NCBI GenBank assembly: GCA_029262065.1
Contig: JAJDAC010000023.1
Span: 3,828-67,827 of the forward strand
Length of the DNA stretch: 64,000 nt
Direction of reading: 5' to 3'
DNA from: Candidatus Krumholzibacteriota bacterium
Lineage (GTDB): Bacteria > Krumholzibacteriota > Krumholzibacteriia > JAJRXK01
How positions within the stretch are numbered: the stretch's first letter is position 1; every line of letters begins with the position of its first letter. Below the pieces are notes generated by a model. It was not told the DNA's origin, ran no database searches, and saw only the letters and a list, made by a program, of their open reading frames with translations. Both the position numbers and the translations under genes were made by a program. Below are positions 38,367-48,550 of the stretch, piece after piece.

Positions 38367-39150
38367 GAAGCACCTTCAATTCCTGCTCGGTGAGGCTTTC
38401 GATTCCATGCTCAGTAATCTTGTCGAGGATCTGGTCGACCGAAAGGGTGCCGTCGGCCTGCTGTTCCTGCTGTTTTTTGTAGCCGCGCATCTGTCGACGG
38501 GCGCGTTCGCCTTGAATGCGCCGTCGCCACGCGTCCAGCCGCCAGTCCTGCTTCAGGTACAGGTAGCCAAACAGCATGCCTCCCAGATGGGCGAAGTGGC
38601 CAATGCCGTCCTGGCTGCGGTTGAGGCCCGAAAAAAGGTCGAGGGCCACGATCACCCAGATGAAGTACTTCATCTTTATGGGGAAAAGGAAATACAGCAG
38701 GATCTGTCGATCGGGATACATGAGCCCGTAGGCCAACACCACTCCCAAAACCGCACCGCTCGCCCCGATCGTGGGCACCATGCTGTTGGGTCCGGTAATC
38801 CAGGTGGTGATCCCGCCGCCCACGCCGCACACCAGGTAGTACGTGAGGAACGCCCTGTCCCCCCACTCGGCTTCGACCGCCGATCCGAACATCCACAACA
38901 TGAACATGTTGAACAGGATGTGGAATGGTCCGCCATGTAGGAACATGTACGTGAGGAGCTGCCAGACCTTGCCGCCCATGAACACTTCGGCCGGCACCAG
39001 GCCAAAGTTCTGGGTCATGAAGTTCTGATTCCAGCCAGCTAGCCACGTAAGCAGGAACAGACCGGTGTTGACGATCAGCAGCGCCTTGATCACCCTAGGC
39101 ATAGGGCCGGAGCCGAGGCCGAAGCGCATGCCCGCACGGGTGTAATTCAT
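38347..39150 (-). CDS. rhomboid family intramembrane serine protease
   Basis: WQLLTYMFLH, HILFNM, IGASGA, HFAHLGG; C-terminal VDQILDKITEHGIESLT domain. Confidence 0.95.
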   Translation of the reverse strand: MNYTRAGMRFGLGSGPMPRVIKALLIVNTGLFLLTWLAGWNQNFMTQNFGLVPAEVFMGGKVWQLLTYMFLHGGPFHILFNMFMLWMFGSAVEAEWGDRAFLTYYLVCGVGGGITTWITGPNSMVPTIGASGAVLGVVLAYGLMYPDRQILLYFLFPIKMKYFIWVIVALDLFSGLNRSQDGIGHFAHLGGMLFGYLYLKQDWRLDAWRRRIQGERARRQMRGYKKQQEQQADGTLSVDQILDKITEHGIESLTEQELKVLREARRN

Positions 39151-39288
39151 GGAGTCCCGGGCCGCACCGGCGGCGGATGGAGGCAGGTTTCTTGGGGGGA
39201 ACGGGCCAAGCAGAACTCGGCCGCTGCTTCCTACACCATACCATATAGCACAGGCTGGGCCACTCGTGCCCAGGGGGATGGAGATATC

Positions 39289-39846
39289 GTGGAGGTAAGC
39301 TCGCAGAGTAGCCAGGCTATCGTGGCCTTCGGAAGTTCACGCTGTCAGCCGGGCAGCGCGGACTGGGATCAGGCATTCGCGGTCGGCCAGACCGTTGGGC
39401 GCCGCGGCCTGAAGTTGGTTTCCGGTGGCTACCATGGATCCATGGGAGCGGCGAGTCAGGGAGCACGCGGTGCCGGTGGCCAGGTCGTCGGCATTACCAC
39501 CGACGTATTCAGCGACCGCGAACCCAACACCCACCTGACCGAGGAAATTCGCCACGGCACGTACTCGGTGCGCCTGGCGGCGCTGTTGGAGGCGGGCGAC
39601 GGCTTTGTCGTGCTTCCGGGCGGGTTGGGCACGTTGTCCGAGCTCACCACCGCCTGGTGCCTGGCGTCGATCGGTCAACTGGGTGGGCCGCTGTGGGTGT
39701 TTCGCGAGCCCTGGGCTCCGCTGGCGGACCTTGCATTGGCACTGGGCGAAGTGGCCGATCAGCACCACCAACACCTTACCTGGGTGGAATCGGCCGACGA
39801 ACTGGCCCATTCGCTGGATGCCTGGCTCGCGCGCGATCCGGGCTAG
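39289..39846 (+). CDS. LOG family nucleotide monophosphate nucleosidase-like protein
   Basis: FGSSR, SGGYHGSMGAASQGA, VLPGGLGTLSEL. Confidence 0.88.
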   Translation: MEVSSQSSQAIVAFGSSRCQPGSADWDQAFAVGQTVGRRGLKLVSGGYHGSMGAASQGARGAGGQVVGITTDVFSDREPNTHLTEEIRHGTYSVRLAALLEAGDGFVVLPGGLGTLSELTTAWCLASIGQLGGPLWVFREPWAPLADLALALGEVADQHHQHLTWVESADELAHSLDAWLARDPG

Positions 39847-40003
39847 GTAGAAAACCGTGGTGGAGAGCGTGCTACCCTGGTTCCAGCGCGGCGCTGTGCT
39901 ATGATTGGTTGTCCCCGTTCGGATTGCATGGGCACGGAAGGCCTTCGTTGCCATCACTGGACGCGACCTCGAATCCATTTCCTTGCCTGGAGGCGTAGGT
40001 TTC

Positions 40004-41068
40004 ATGAGCGATAAGAAAGTCCTGGTGGTCGGGACGGGAACCATTGGCGAACCACTGATCGGTCTTCTGACGTCCTATAAGAAAGAACTCGGAATATCCG
40101 ATGTCTTCGTCCACAAACGGACCCCGCTATTGACCGATCGGTCGAAGGTGGTCGATCTGGTGAAGCGCGGCGCGAAGCTGGTCACCGACGAAGACCGCCA
40201 GCAGGCCTTCCGCGACATGGGGTTGAAACCGACGTTGGAAACCCACGAGGCGATTGACCAGGCGTCGGTGGTTATCGATTGCACGCCCGCGGGCAACAAG
40301 ATGAAGACCGACCTGTACAACCAGTACGCCAAGAACACTGATCTGTTCATCGCCCAGGGCAGCGAATTCGGGTTCGGCAAGATGTACGCGCGGGGCATCA
40401 ACGACAGTGCGCTGATCCACGGCGAAGACAAGTTCATCCACGTGGTGAGCTGCAACACCCACAACATTTCAGTCCTGATCGATGTCCTGGCGTTGGCCGA
40501 CGGAAAAGACAACCTGGCGCAGGGCCGGTTCGTCTGTATTCGCCGCGCCAATGACCTGAGTCAGGATACGAGCTTCCTGCCTTCACCTCAGGTCGGCAAG
40601 CATGGCGATCCCGACTTCGGTACGCATCACGCACGCGACTCGTACCACCTGTTCAAGACCCTGGGCCTCGAACTCGATCTGTTTTCGTCGGCGCTCAAGG
40701 TCAATACCCAGTACATGCACATCATCCATTTCCGGCTGCAGCTGAACCAGCCCACCACCATGGACACCGTGCTCGAGCGCATCGCCGCGTGCGACCGAAT
40801 CGCATCGACCTACAAGGACACCGCCAACTCGGTGTTCAGCTTCGGGCGCGATCATGGCTACTACGGTCGCATTCTGAACCAGACGGTCATCCCCGTCGAA
40901 ACGCTGACGCTGGCCGAGAACGGTACCGAAATCATCGGCTACTGTTTCACGCCGCAGGACGGCAACGCCATCCTGAGTTCGATTGCGGCCGCGAGCTGGG
41001 CCATGGACCCCGACGGCTACAAGAAGAAGATCCAGGCCCTGAAGCCATGGTTCTTCGACGAAGTCTAG
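40004..41068 (+). CDS. archaeal-type (class II) glyceraldehyde-3-phosphate dehydrogenase homologue
   Basis: GGAGG RBS; VGTGTIG, VIDCTP, IAQGSE, VVSCNTH, IRRAND, THHARD, KVNTQYMH. Confidence 0.75.
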   Translation: MSDKKVLVVGTGTIGEPLIGLLTSYKKELGISDVFVHKRTPLLTDRSKVVDLVKRGAKLVTDEDRQQAFRDMGLKPTLETHEAIDQASVVIDCTPAGNKMKTDLYNQYAKNTDLFIAQGSEFGFGKMYARGINDSALIHGEDKFIHVVSCNTHNISVLIDVLALADGKDNLAQGRFVCIRRANDLSQDTSFLPSPQVGKHGDPDFGTHHARDSYHLFKTLGLELDLFSSALKVNTQYMHIIHFRLQLNQPTTMDTVLERIAACDRIASTYKDTANSVFSFGRDHGYYGRILNQTVIPVETLTLAENGTEIIGYCFTPQDGNAILSSIAAASWAMDPDGYKKKIQALKPWFFDEV

Positions 41069-41081
41069 AACCGGGTTGTCG

Positions 41082-42575
41082 CTAGCTGGCGGTGTTCAGC
41101 GAGCGCAGCAGAGCGCGCGCTTCGATCAGGTCGGGATAGTCGAGGTCCGCGTGTCGCATGACTTCGAGATAACGCCGCACGCCGTCGCGTGCGGCGTCTT
41201 CGCGTCCAAGTACCGCCAGGGTTCGACTCAACAGGAGCAGGGCATCGGGTTGCGTGGGAATGTCAGCCAGGGTCCGGCTGGTGTGTTCGATGGCAGCTTC
41301 CATGTCACCGGCCTCGAAGCAGGCCAGCGCCAATTCGTTGCGATACTCGATGAGTTCGTGTGGTCCCAGGGCTGAATTCGCGATCGCCTTGCGCAACCGG
41401 CCAATCCCCGACTTGGGCTGACCACGTTGGCGTCCAAAGTGGCTTTGCAGCAGGGCCTTCGCCAGTGAAAGTTCCTCGGCCAGGGTTTGTATGTACGGAT
41501 TGCGATCGAGGAAATCGTTGGCCAGGTTGAGCGCGGTCTTGGCCGACTGGTCGGCCGCGGCGGGTTCATCCAGCTCCAGTTGGGCCCACGCCTTCATGAA
41601 GTGGAACGACAACCCGTAGTGCGGTTTACCGGGGTATTCGGCTTCCACTTCCGCAATGAAGGCGTCGCTGCCTTTGACCAGCTCCTGCCACTGTCTTGCG
41701 GCGGCCAGTACCTGAAGCTCGCGTACCTCGAAGCGACCCTTCCAACGCGGCATGCTTGCGACCATGTCACGCGTGGTGTCGAGCGTGCGCCGTGCCTGTG
41801 AAAGTTGTCCCGTGATGCATAGCACATCCACCAGTTGAAACGCGGAGGCGGCGAAGGTGGGGTCGGTTTCCAGCGCCTTGGAGTATTCCGCAATGGCTTC
41901 GTCGTAGCGGCCGGTCAGGCGGAAGGCGTCGCCCAGACTGTCGTGGGCATTGGGCAGGTCGGGTGCGAAGAACGAGTACCGTTTGAGGCTCGTGATGGCT
42001 TCGTCGTAGCGCCCCGCTTGCAGGTAGATGCTACCCAGGTGATCGTGCACATCCACGCGCTCGGGGTCGTTCTCGAGGATGCGTTCGTAGGCCAGCAACG
42101 CGGTATCGTAGTCGAGTGCGAGCGCGGCTTTCTGGCCGCGCATGCTCAGGGTGAACGGGTCGTCCGGATACTCGCGCACCAATTGGTCGAACACACTTTC
42201 CATGGTTTCGGACTCTTCGCGATGGGCGGCGTCCAGGAATTCTATTTGCAGACGTTCGCGGTTACTGACTTCCGCGCGGTGGGCCATGGCCTGGGCCAGA
42301 TAGCCTTCGAGTTCTTGAGTAGATCCTACCCCCACCATCCACAGCTGCAGGTACGCCATGGCGAAGCTGGGATCCAGCTCAATGGCCCGCTGGAAATGAA
42401 CGGCGGCTTGGTCAGCGCGCACGCGGCGGGCCTCGGCCAGTCCGTGTTCATACTGGGAGTAAGCGGCCGCCGATGAGGTTGTGACGTCGCGCTCGCCAGA
42501 TTTCCACACACTGAAGCCAACGCCAGCGGCCAGGACCACAACGAGACCAAGGGACAAGAAAAGGCGCGTGCGCAT
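41082..42575 (-). CDS. membrane-anchored tetratricopeptide repeat protein (paralog B)
   Basis: N-terminal TM; VTTSSAAAY; TPR motifs such as AIELDPSFAMAY and NAHDSLGDAF. Confidence 0.88.
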   Translation of the reverse strand: MRTRLFLSLGLVVVLAAGVGFSVWKSGERDVTTSSAAAYSQYEHGLAEARRVRADQAAVHFQRAIELDPSFAMAYLQLWMVGVGSTQELEGYLAQAMAHRAEVSNRERLQIEFLDAAHREESETMESVFDQLVREYPDDPFTLSMRGQKAALALDYDTALLAYERILENDPERVDVHDHLGSIYLQAGRYDEAITSLKRYSFFAPDLPNAHDSLGDAFRLTGRYDEAIAEYSKALETDPTFAASAFQLVDVLCITGQLSQARRTLDTTRDMVASMPRWKGRFEVRELQVLAAARQWQELVKGSDAFIAEVEAEYPGKPHYGLSFHFMKAWAQLELDEPAAADQSAKTALNLANDFLDRNPYIQTLAEELSLAKALLQSHFGRQRGQPKSGIGRLRKAIANSALGPHELIEYRNELALACFEAGDMEAAIEHTSRTLADIPTQPDALLLLSRTLAVLGREDAARDGVRRYLEVMRHADLDYPDLIEARALLRSLNTAS

Positions 42576-42697
42576 GATTTGTATTTTGCTGGTCGAGATA
42601 GGCAGTGTCCCGGATGCCCCGGGAAGATCGGGCGTGCGATCTAGGGGGTAGTACGTGCGGCGACCTCGGCAGGTTGCATCGGAAGATCGGCATTGGG

Positions 42698-43327
42698 TCA
42701 GGGGGAGCGCAGTGCCGCCCGCACGGGGGAAGCGTCCAACCCCTGCCAGCGCAGGGGCAGCGCCAGTAGCTCGTAAGCGCCCGGCTTGACGTGGCTCAGG
42801 GCCAGATTCTCCAAAATGGCCACGCGGGCCGAGGCCAGGATCTTGTGGGCTGGTAGTTCCTTGCTGTCCACAGGATCCATGGAAGGTGTGTCCAGGCCAA
42901 CCAGTTGGGCACCTCGGTCGCGGAGCGCTTGCGCCGCCTCCGGAGACAAGGCCACGAAAACCTTGGGGAATCCAACCGGATCGTCGGCGGGCTGGTCATG
43001 GGTGCGAATGAGCACCCGGGGTGTGGTCGCGAAGTCTACCGAGTCGAAGTGTTCGGGCCGGACCAGCCCCTCCCGGGGCCCGTCCAGAACCAGGCACGGC
43101 CCCCAGTAGCACTCCAGCGGGACCTCGGCGATCGAGGCGCCATCAGCCAGGAAATGCAAAGGGGCGTCGGCGTGGGTTCCCACATGCGGGCTCGCCGTGA
43201 CCGACGAGACATTGCAAGAGTCGCCGTGGTCCAGGCTCCACTTCCATTCGAAAGAGAACGGAGTATCCCCGGGCCACGCGCCGGCACGCGGGCTCACCGG
43301 TTGACTGATGTCGATGATCTTCGACAA
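42698..43327 (-). CDS. kynB: kynurenine formamidase / cyclase family
   Basis: IIDISQP, WPGDTPF, HVGTHADAPLHF, GLDTPSMDP, ILENL, DASPVRA. Confidence 0.88.
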   Translation of the reverse strand: MSKIIDISQPVSPRAGAWPGDTPFSFEWKWSLDHGDSCNVSSVTASPHVGTHADAPLHFLADGASIAEVPLECYWGPCLVLDGPREGLVRPEHFDSVDFATTPRVLIRTHDQPADDPVGFPKVFVALSPEAAQALRDRGAQLVGLDTPSMDPVDSKELPAHKILASARVAILENLALSHVKPGAYELLALPLRWQGLDASPVRAALRSP

Positions 43328-43339
43328 ACCAGGCCGCGC

Positions 43340-44836
43340 CTAGCTGGCGCTACTGAGCTTCTTGAGTAGACGACGCGCGTCGGCCACACCGGGGAAGTCT
43401 TTGTCGGCGCGTTTCATGACATCGAGGTACACGCCCAAATGGCTGAGAGCGTCCTCCGTGTTGCCAAGTTCGTTGTGGGCTTTGGCGGCCAGCAGGTTGG
43501 TGCGCGGGTGTCGCGTTATGACACGCAGGAGTTTTGCGCACTCATCGATCGCGTTCTGGAACTGACCGGCTTCGAAGTAGGTTAGTGCCAACTCGTATCG
43601 GTAGTCTTCCAACTGGTGGGGGCTCTTCGAACTTTCGTTCAAACGAGCGGCGAGCATCTCGATGCCCGTTTCAGGCGAGCCCGTGGCGCGCGCGAAGTGA
43701 CTGCGAAGCAAGGCCTCGGCCAAACCGAATTCCTGGCTGACCTGTGCCCGCTCGGGAAACGTCTTCTTGTAGCCGGCCGCGACTTCCTCGAGCACGTTGG
43801 CGGCCTGCGTGGCCGATTCCAGGTCTTCCTTTTCCAGGTACGCCCACGCCTGGCGGAAGTGAAACGGCACGGGGAAACGATCTTCCTTTTCCTCTGAGTT
43901 CTTGGCCTTTTCGAGGCATTCTCCGGAGTACTGGATGACTCCGTCCCAGTCTTCGGCGGCGGTCATGAGGCTCATACGAATGTTGTGGTACCAGTTCATC
44001 CAACCCCGTTCTTCGAGCATGGGCCGTCCGGCTTCGAGCGTTTCCGCGGCCTTGTCCAGTTGGCCAGTGGTGGCCAATACCACCGCGAGGTTCGCGGCCG
44101 ACCAGACGAACGAGGGGTCGATCTCGATGGCTGTGGCATATTCCTGCATGGCTTTTTCGTACTCGCCGGTAAACCGGTAGGCATCGCCCAGGCTGTCGTG
44201 GGGGTTGGCGAGGCCCGGCGCGAAGAAGTTGTACCGATTCAGGCTGGCGATGGCCTCGTCATAGTTGCCAACGTGCAGGTTCAGGTAGCCGAGTTGGTTG
44301 TGGATGTCTATCCGCTCGGGGTCTTTTTCCAGCACGCGCTCGTAGTAGCCCATGGCCGACTCGAAGTCGTTGTCCTCCCAGGCTCGCCGCGCGCGTTGCA
44401 TCAGCACATCATTGTCGTCGGGAAAGCGCTCGGCCAATTCCTCTTGCAGACGATCCAGCTCGTCCCAGTTTTCATCTCGGATGGCCACTCCCTGGGCGAT
44501 CATGAGCTGCTCGCGAGGAGACACCTCATCACTCAGGGTTACCGCGGTGTCCAGGTGTTGGTTGGCTTCGCTTTCGTCCATCCACTCGCGCAGCGTCCAC
44601 AGCCGGTAGTAGGCCATGGCGAACTCGGGGTCCAGGCGCGTCGCTTCCCGCAGCTTCTCGACCGCGCTGTCGTACCGGAATCGAAGTCGCTCGGCTTCGG
44701 CATCGCGCCAGGCGGCGTAGGCTTCGTCGGAGGCGGTGGTGACCGTCCGGGGCTCCTCGGAAAGAATCCGATAGCCTCCGTAGCCTATAGTGGCTACCAG
44801 TCCGAGGGCGACCAGGGTCAGGATGGGTCGGGTCAT
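43340..44836 (-). CDS. membrane-anchored tetratricopeptide repeat protein (paralog A)
   Basis: N-terminal TM; VTTASDEAY; LDPEFAMAY; NPHDSLGDAY; colinear with 41082..42575. Confidence 0.88.
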   Translation of the reverse strand: MTRPILTLVALGLVATIGYGGYRILSEEPRTVTTASDEAYAAWRDAEAERLRFRYDSAVEKLREATRLDPEFAMAYYRLWTLREWMDESEANQHLDTAVTLSDEVSPREQLMIAQGVAIRDENWDELDRLQEELAERFPDDNDVLMQRARRAWEDNDFESAMGYYERVLEKDPERIDIHNQLGYLNLHVGNYDEAIASLNRYNFFAPGLANPHDSLGDAYRFTGEYEKAMQEYATAIEIDPSFVWSAANLAVVLATTGQLDKAAETLEAGRPMLEERGWMNWYHNIRMSLMTAAEDWDGVIQYSGECLEKAKNSEEKEDRFPVPFHFRQAWAYLEKEDLESATQAANVLEEVAAGYKKTFPERAQVSQEFGLAEALLRSHFARATGSPETGIEMLAARLNESSKSPHQLEDYRYELALTYFEAGQFQNAIDECAKLLRVITRHPRTNLLAAKAHNELGNTEDALSHLGVYLDVMKRADKDFPGVADARRLLKKLSSAS

Positions 44837-44955
44837 TATCTCTTCTCCACGGCCGATGATGCTGCAAAGCTCATGCCGGAAAATAAGTTACGGACTTTTT
44901 CCAGAAGGCGACGGGCCCGTGCGAGGAGCGGCGATTCCGTCGCGACCCCACCTTT

Positions 44956-47514
44956 CTACGCCGTGTAACTGCCTGGGGTTTCGTTTGTTTCTGCAATCGA
45001 GGCGTCGTCCAAATCCAGCTCTGAGGCCAAGGCCCGGATCACGATGAGGGTGATATCGTCCCCGGTATTTTCGCTCCCGGCATGGCTGAACACCGCATCG
45101 CGGATCCCGCTGACGATTTCGCCGGCTGGTTCGCGCGCCAGCCGGTGGACGATCTCCTCCAGACCGCATTCGCCGAATTGTTCCTCGGCGTGATCCTCTG
45201 CCTCGGTGACGCCGTCGGTGAACAGCACCAATACTTCGCCGGGCGCCATATAGATCTCCGACTCGGGGTACTCCATGCCAGGAAAGGCTCCCAGCGGCGT
45301 GGCGCCAACTTCCAGCCATTCGCAGGTGCCGTCGGCGCGCCGAAGCAGGGGGGGGTTGTGCCCCGCGTTGCTGTACAGCAGGTATCGTCGTTCGATATTC
45401 AGGGAAGCCAGAAACAGCGTGGCGAAGCGCTCGGGGTCGGTGCTTTCGTAGAGCGAAGTGTTCACGGCCGTGAGAATCGTGCCCGGCTGCGAGTGGCTCG
45501 CGGCCAGCGCGCGGATCGACGCCTGAAGATTGCTCGCCAGCAGCGACGCGGGCATTCCCTTGCCCGACACGTCGCTGATCACGATTCCCATGTTTCCATC
45601 GAGCAACGAAACAAAGTCGTAGTAGTCGCCACTGACCTGCGAAGACGCCAGATTCAACGCGGCGATCTCGAACCCGAGCACCACTGGTACGCTGCTGGGT
45701 AGCATGCGCTGTTGGATGCCGCGTGCCATGGCCATTTCTTCTTCGAGCTGGCGACGGTCGAGCGCATCCTGGTACAGGCGCGTGTTGTCGATCTGAACCG
45801 CCATCTGCCCGGCGACCGTTTGCAACAGTTCAAGCTCGTCGCCCTCGTAGGCCGCTTCGCTGCGCTTGGGACCCAACCCCAACACCGCCACCAGTCGTTC
45901 ACCGGCGAACCCGGGGACCAGTACTTCCAGCCCGGCGTGCTCCAGCACGCGCATCTCGCGGCGGAGCCTGGGATATCGATCCAGTTGCGCGCGTCCCATG
46001 CTACCGCGGGCGAGTCGGGCCAACTCGCTGGCCAGGTAGTCGGTGGTCAATGGCGCCGACCGGCGTTTGATCATTTCGGTGATCATGGGCAAGGCGGTGT
46101 GCGTTTCTTCGTTCCGGATCACCAAGATGCCGTCGTTCACGGGCACGAAGGCAAATTCACTGGGATGCAGCAACGATGTGATGCGTTCGCGGATGAGATC
46201 GGTGAGCTGCTGCACCTCGATGGTCGAGGGAATGGCCTTGGCCAGATCGGCCAGCGCCTGCTGCAGGTCGTGTTTTTCGCGGAAGAACTGTCGCTCGAGG
46301 AATCCCTGGATACGTTCGCGCGCCGGCGCGAATGCCGCTGCGATGAGCAATGTGGCAATGATGGCCACGAGCTGGCTGGTTTGGCCTGAAAGGCGCAGTA
46401 CCGTGTTTCCCACCAGCACCACGATCACCAGGTATGTACCAACCGTGATACCGGTGAGCGTACCGTAGACGATCGACCGCCGGATAATGACTTCCAGCTC
46501 CATCAGGCGATACCGCGCAATGGAATAACCGAAACTCACCGGTACCAACACCATGGGAATGGCGCCGAACAACGCGAATTCTTCGCGGCCCAGCAATTTG
46601 CCCAGCGCGATGTTGAACACCAGGAACGGCAGGGTGCCCAGCACCGTACCGATCGTCAGGATCTTCACTCGTTGGCGTAGCGTGGGGTCGGGGCTGGTCA
46701 CGTAGGTGGTCACCAGGCTGGCAAGTCCCGCCGTGAAGTAGAATCCCAACGTCATCTGTTGGATGACGGTTACCTTCGCCAGCGTGGTGCCAAAGAACTG
46801 GTTGTACGTGAACTGCGCGTAATACAGCAGCGGCAGCGTGTACAGCAGGGGTATGGCCCAGCGGTAGTGTCGGCGGAACCAGTCGCGCGGCTGCGGAAAC
46901 ACCAGGAAGAAGTGCAGGAACAGCGGCGGCAGCATCAAGCTGGCCAGCGTTCCGAAGTTTCGCGTGAGAACGTCGCTCCAGTAGTAGAACACACTGCGTT
47001 CACTGGCCGAGACGAAGTAGATGAGAAAAAGCGTGCATAGCAGGAAGAACAAACGCGCTGGAATGGTGTGGGAGTTGTTCCAGAACACGTAGAGGCCGGC
47101 CGCGAAATAGATGAGGGCCAACCCACAATACACCAGGTAGGTGCGCAGGTTTGCAATGCGCGTGCTTTCGAGTCGGATGGTCGTGGTGTCGGTGGTATTG
47201 GCCAGGCGGTCGAACACCAGGTACTCGACTTCATCGCCCACATTCTTGCTTTGCAGCAGCTGGGCCGCGTGCCGCGGCGAGCGAATGGGCTGCTGGTCGA
47301 TGCCCTCGATGATGTCGCCCACCTGCAGACCGGCGCGTTCGGCGGCGCCGCCGGGCACGGTTCCCACCACGCGGATCTTGGATCCGCCCAACACCCACAC
47401 CGCGCCGTCGGTCGGACGCGAGCGTGTGGCGTCATAGGCGCTGAACGCACCGGCGACCACCGCCAACAGACCAAAGGCCAGCAGGACGTTTCGAGTGGTG
47501 AAGATCACCGGCAT
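44956..47514 (-). CDS. membrane sensor phosphatase: PDZ + multi-TM + GAF + SpoIIE/RsbU-type PP2C
   Basis: PGGAAERAGLQVGDII (PDZ); about 8 TM segments; GAF-like LGLGPKRSEAAY..ELLQTVA; VSGDYYD, DVSGKGMPA, NAGHNPP, FTDGVTEA, DDITL. Confidence 0.92.
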   Translation of the reverse strand: MPVIFTTRNVLLAFGLLAVVAGAFSAYDATRSRPTDGAVWVLGGSKIRVVGTVPGGAAERAGLQVGDIIEGIDQQPIRSPRHAAQLLQSKNVGDEVEYLVFDRLANTTDTTTIRLESTRIANLRTYLVYCGLALIYFAAGLYVFWNNSHTIPARLFFLLCTLFLIYFVSASERSVFYYWSDVLTRNFGTLASLMLPPLFLHFFLVFPQPRDWFRRHYRWAIPLLYTLPLLYYAQFTYNQFFGTTLAKVTVIQQMTLGFYFTAGLASLVTTYVTSPDPTLRQRVKILTIGTVLGTLPFLVFNIALGKLLGREEFALFGAIPMVLVPVSFGYSIARYRLMELEVIIRRSIVYGTLTGITVGTYLVIVVLVGNTVLRLSGQTSQLVAIIATLLIAAAFAPARERIQGFLERQFFREKHDLQQALADLAKAIPSTIEVQQLTDLIRERITSLLHPSEFAFVPVNDGILVIRNEETHTALPMITEMIKRRSAPLTTDYLASELARLARGSMGRAQLDRYPRLRREMRVLEHAGLEVLVPGFAGERLVAVLGLGPKRSEAAYEGDELELLQTVAGQMAVQIDNTRLYQDALDRRQLEEEMAMARGIQQRMLPSSVPVVLGFEIAALNLASSQVSGDYYDFVSLLDGNMGIVISDVSGKGMPASLLASNLQASIRALAASHSQPGTILTAVNTSLYESTDPERFATLFLASLNIERRYLLYSNAGHNPPLLRRADGTCEWLEVGATPLGAFPGMEYPESEIYMAPGEVLVLFTDGVTEAEDHAEEQFGECGLEEIVHRLAREPAGEIVSGIRDAVFSHAGSENTGDDITLIVIRALASELDLDDASIAETNETPGSYTA

Positions 47515-47729
47515 ACGCTCGTGACTCCGAATCGCGTGGGAATGAAAGGGCGCTTGCGCTCGCCTCGCAGTGGCCGACTTTTTCCCGTAAATTGCATTAT
47601 GACAAGGCTTCGCGGCGCTTCAAAGCGCCATTTTCGTGAACAGTGTCCAGGGCCCTTGGGCCAGCTTGCCGGCCCGGGTGGTGTATCGTACTCTCCTCGC
47701 TTGCGAGCTTCCCCTCTTCGGCAAGGTCT

Positions 47730-48548
47730 GTGTTGCCCAATCCTACCGCAGCCGAACTCAAGGCGTTCATTGTTCAGATGTTGGACGAAGTCTCGCCCTA
47801 CGCGCGCGAGCAATTTGGTCAAACTGGTCCACTTCGTTTCAAGATGGGCCATGAGGCCATAACCCACGTCGATGCCGAGATAGAGGACCGTCTTTCTGGA
47901 CGAATTCTGGACCGTTTTCCCGACCACGGGATACACGGCGAGGAACGCGGCCGCCAGGGCGAGTCGGCGGCCTGGCAGTGGCATATCGATCCCATCGACG
48001 GCACGCTGAACTACTCGTTGGGTATTCCGCTGTTCAGTTGCTCGGTGGCGGTTAGCCACAACGACCAACTGGTGGCGGGGGGCGTGGCCGACCCGCTGCG
48101 TGGCGAGATCTTCTCGGCCGGCCGGGGCGAAGGTGCGTATGTGGGGCAGGAGCGAATCCATGTAAGTAACCGCGTGTGGCTGGGCGAGGCCATCGTCAGC
48201 CTGCAAACGTCGCGTCAGGGGATCTTCGTTCGGGACCGAGAGCTACTACAGAAAGTCCATATCGATCCGCTCAAGACGCGGCGTCTGGGTTCCATTGCTC
48301 TCGAACTCGCCTTCGTCGCCGCGGGTCGCTTCGACCTGCTGCTCGCGGGTAAGAAGGTTCCTCAGAATCTATACGATGTAGCGGCGGGGTTGTTACTGGT
48401 GGAGGAAGCCGGGGGGCGCGTCACCGACGGTCAGGGTAAACCGTTTCGCGAGGGCTCGATCGAGCTGGTGGCCAGCAATGGGCACATTCACGACGAATCC
48501 CTGGCCATGGTCGAGCCGTATATTTCTTCCGATTCGTCGAATAGCTGA
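47730..48548 (+). CDS. inositol monophosphatase family (SuhB-like)
   Basis: IHGEE, WHIDPIDGTLNY, RRLGSIALEL, YDVAAG. Confidence 0.92.
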   Translation: MLPNPTAAELKAFIVQMLDEVSPYAREQFGQTGPLRFKMGHEAITHVDAEIEDRLSGRILDRFPDHGIHGEERGRQGESAAWQWHIDPIDGTLNYSLGIPLFSCSVAVSHNDQLVAGGVADPLRGEIFSAGRGEGAYVGQERIHVSNRVWLGEAIVSLQTSRQGIFVRDRELLQKVHIDPLKTRRLGSIALELAFVAAGRFDLLLAGKKVPQNLYDVAAGLLLVEEAGGRVTDGQGKPFREGSIELVASNGHIHDESLAMVEPYISSDSSNS

Positions 48549-48550
48549 GC

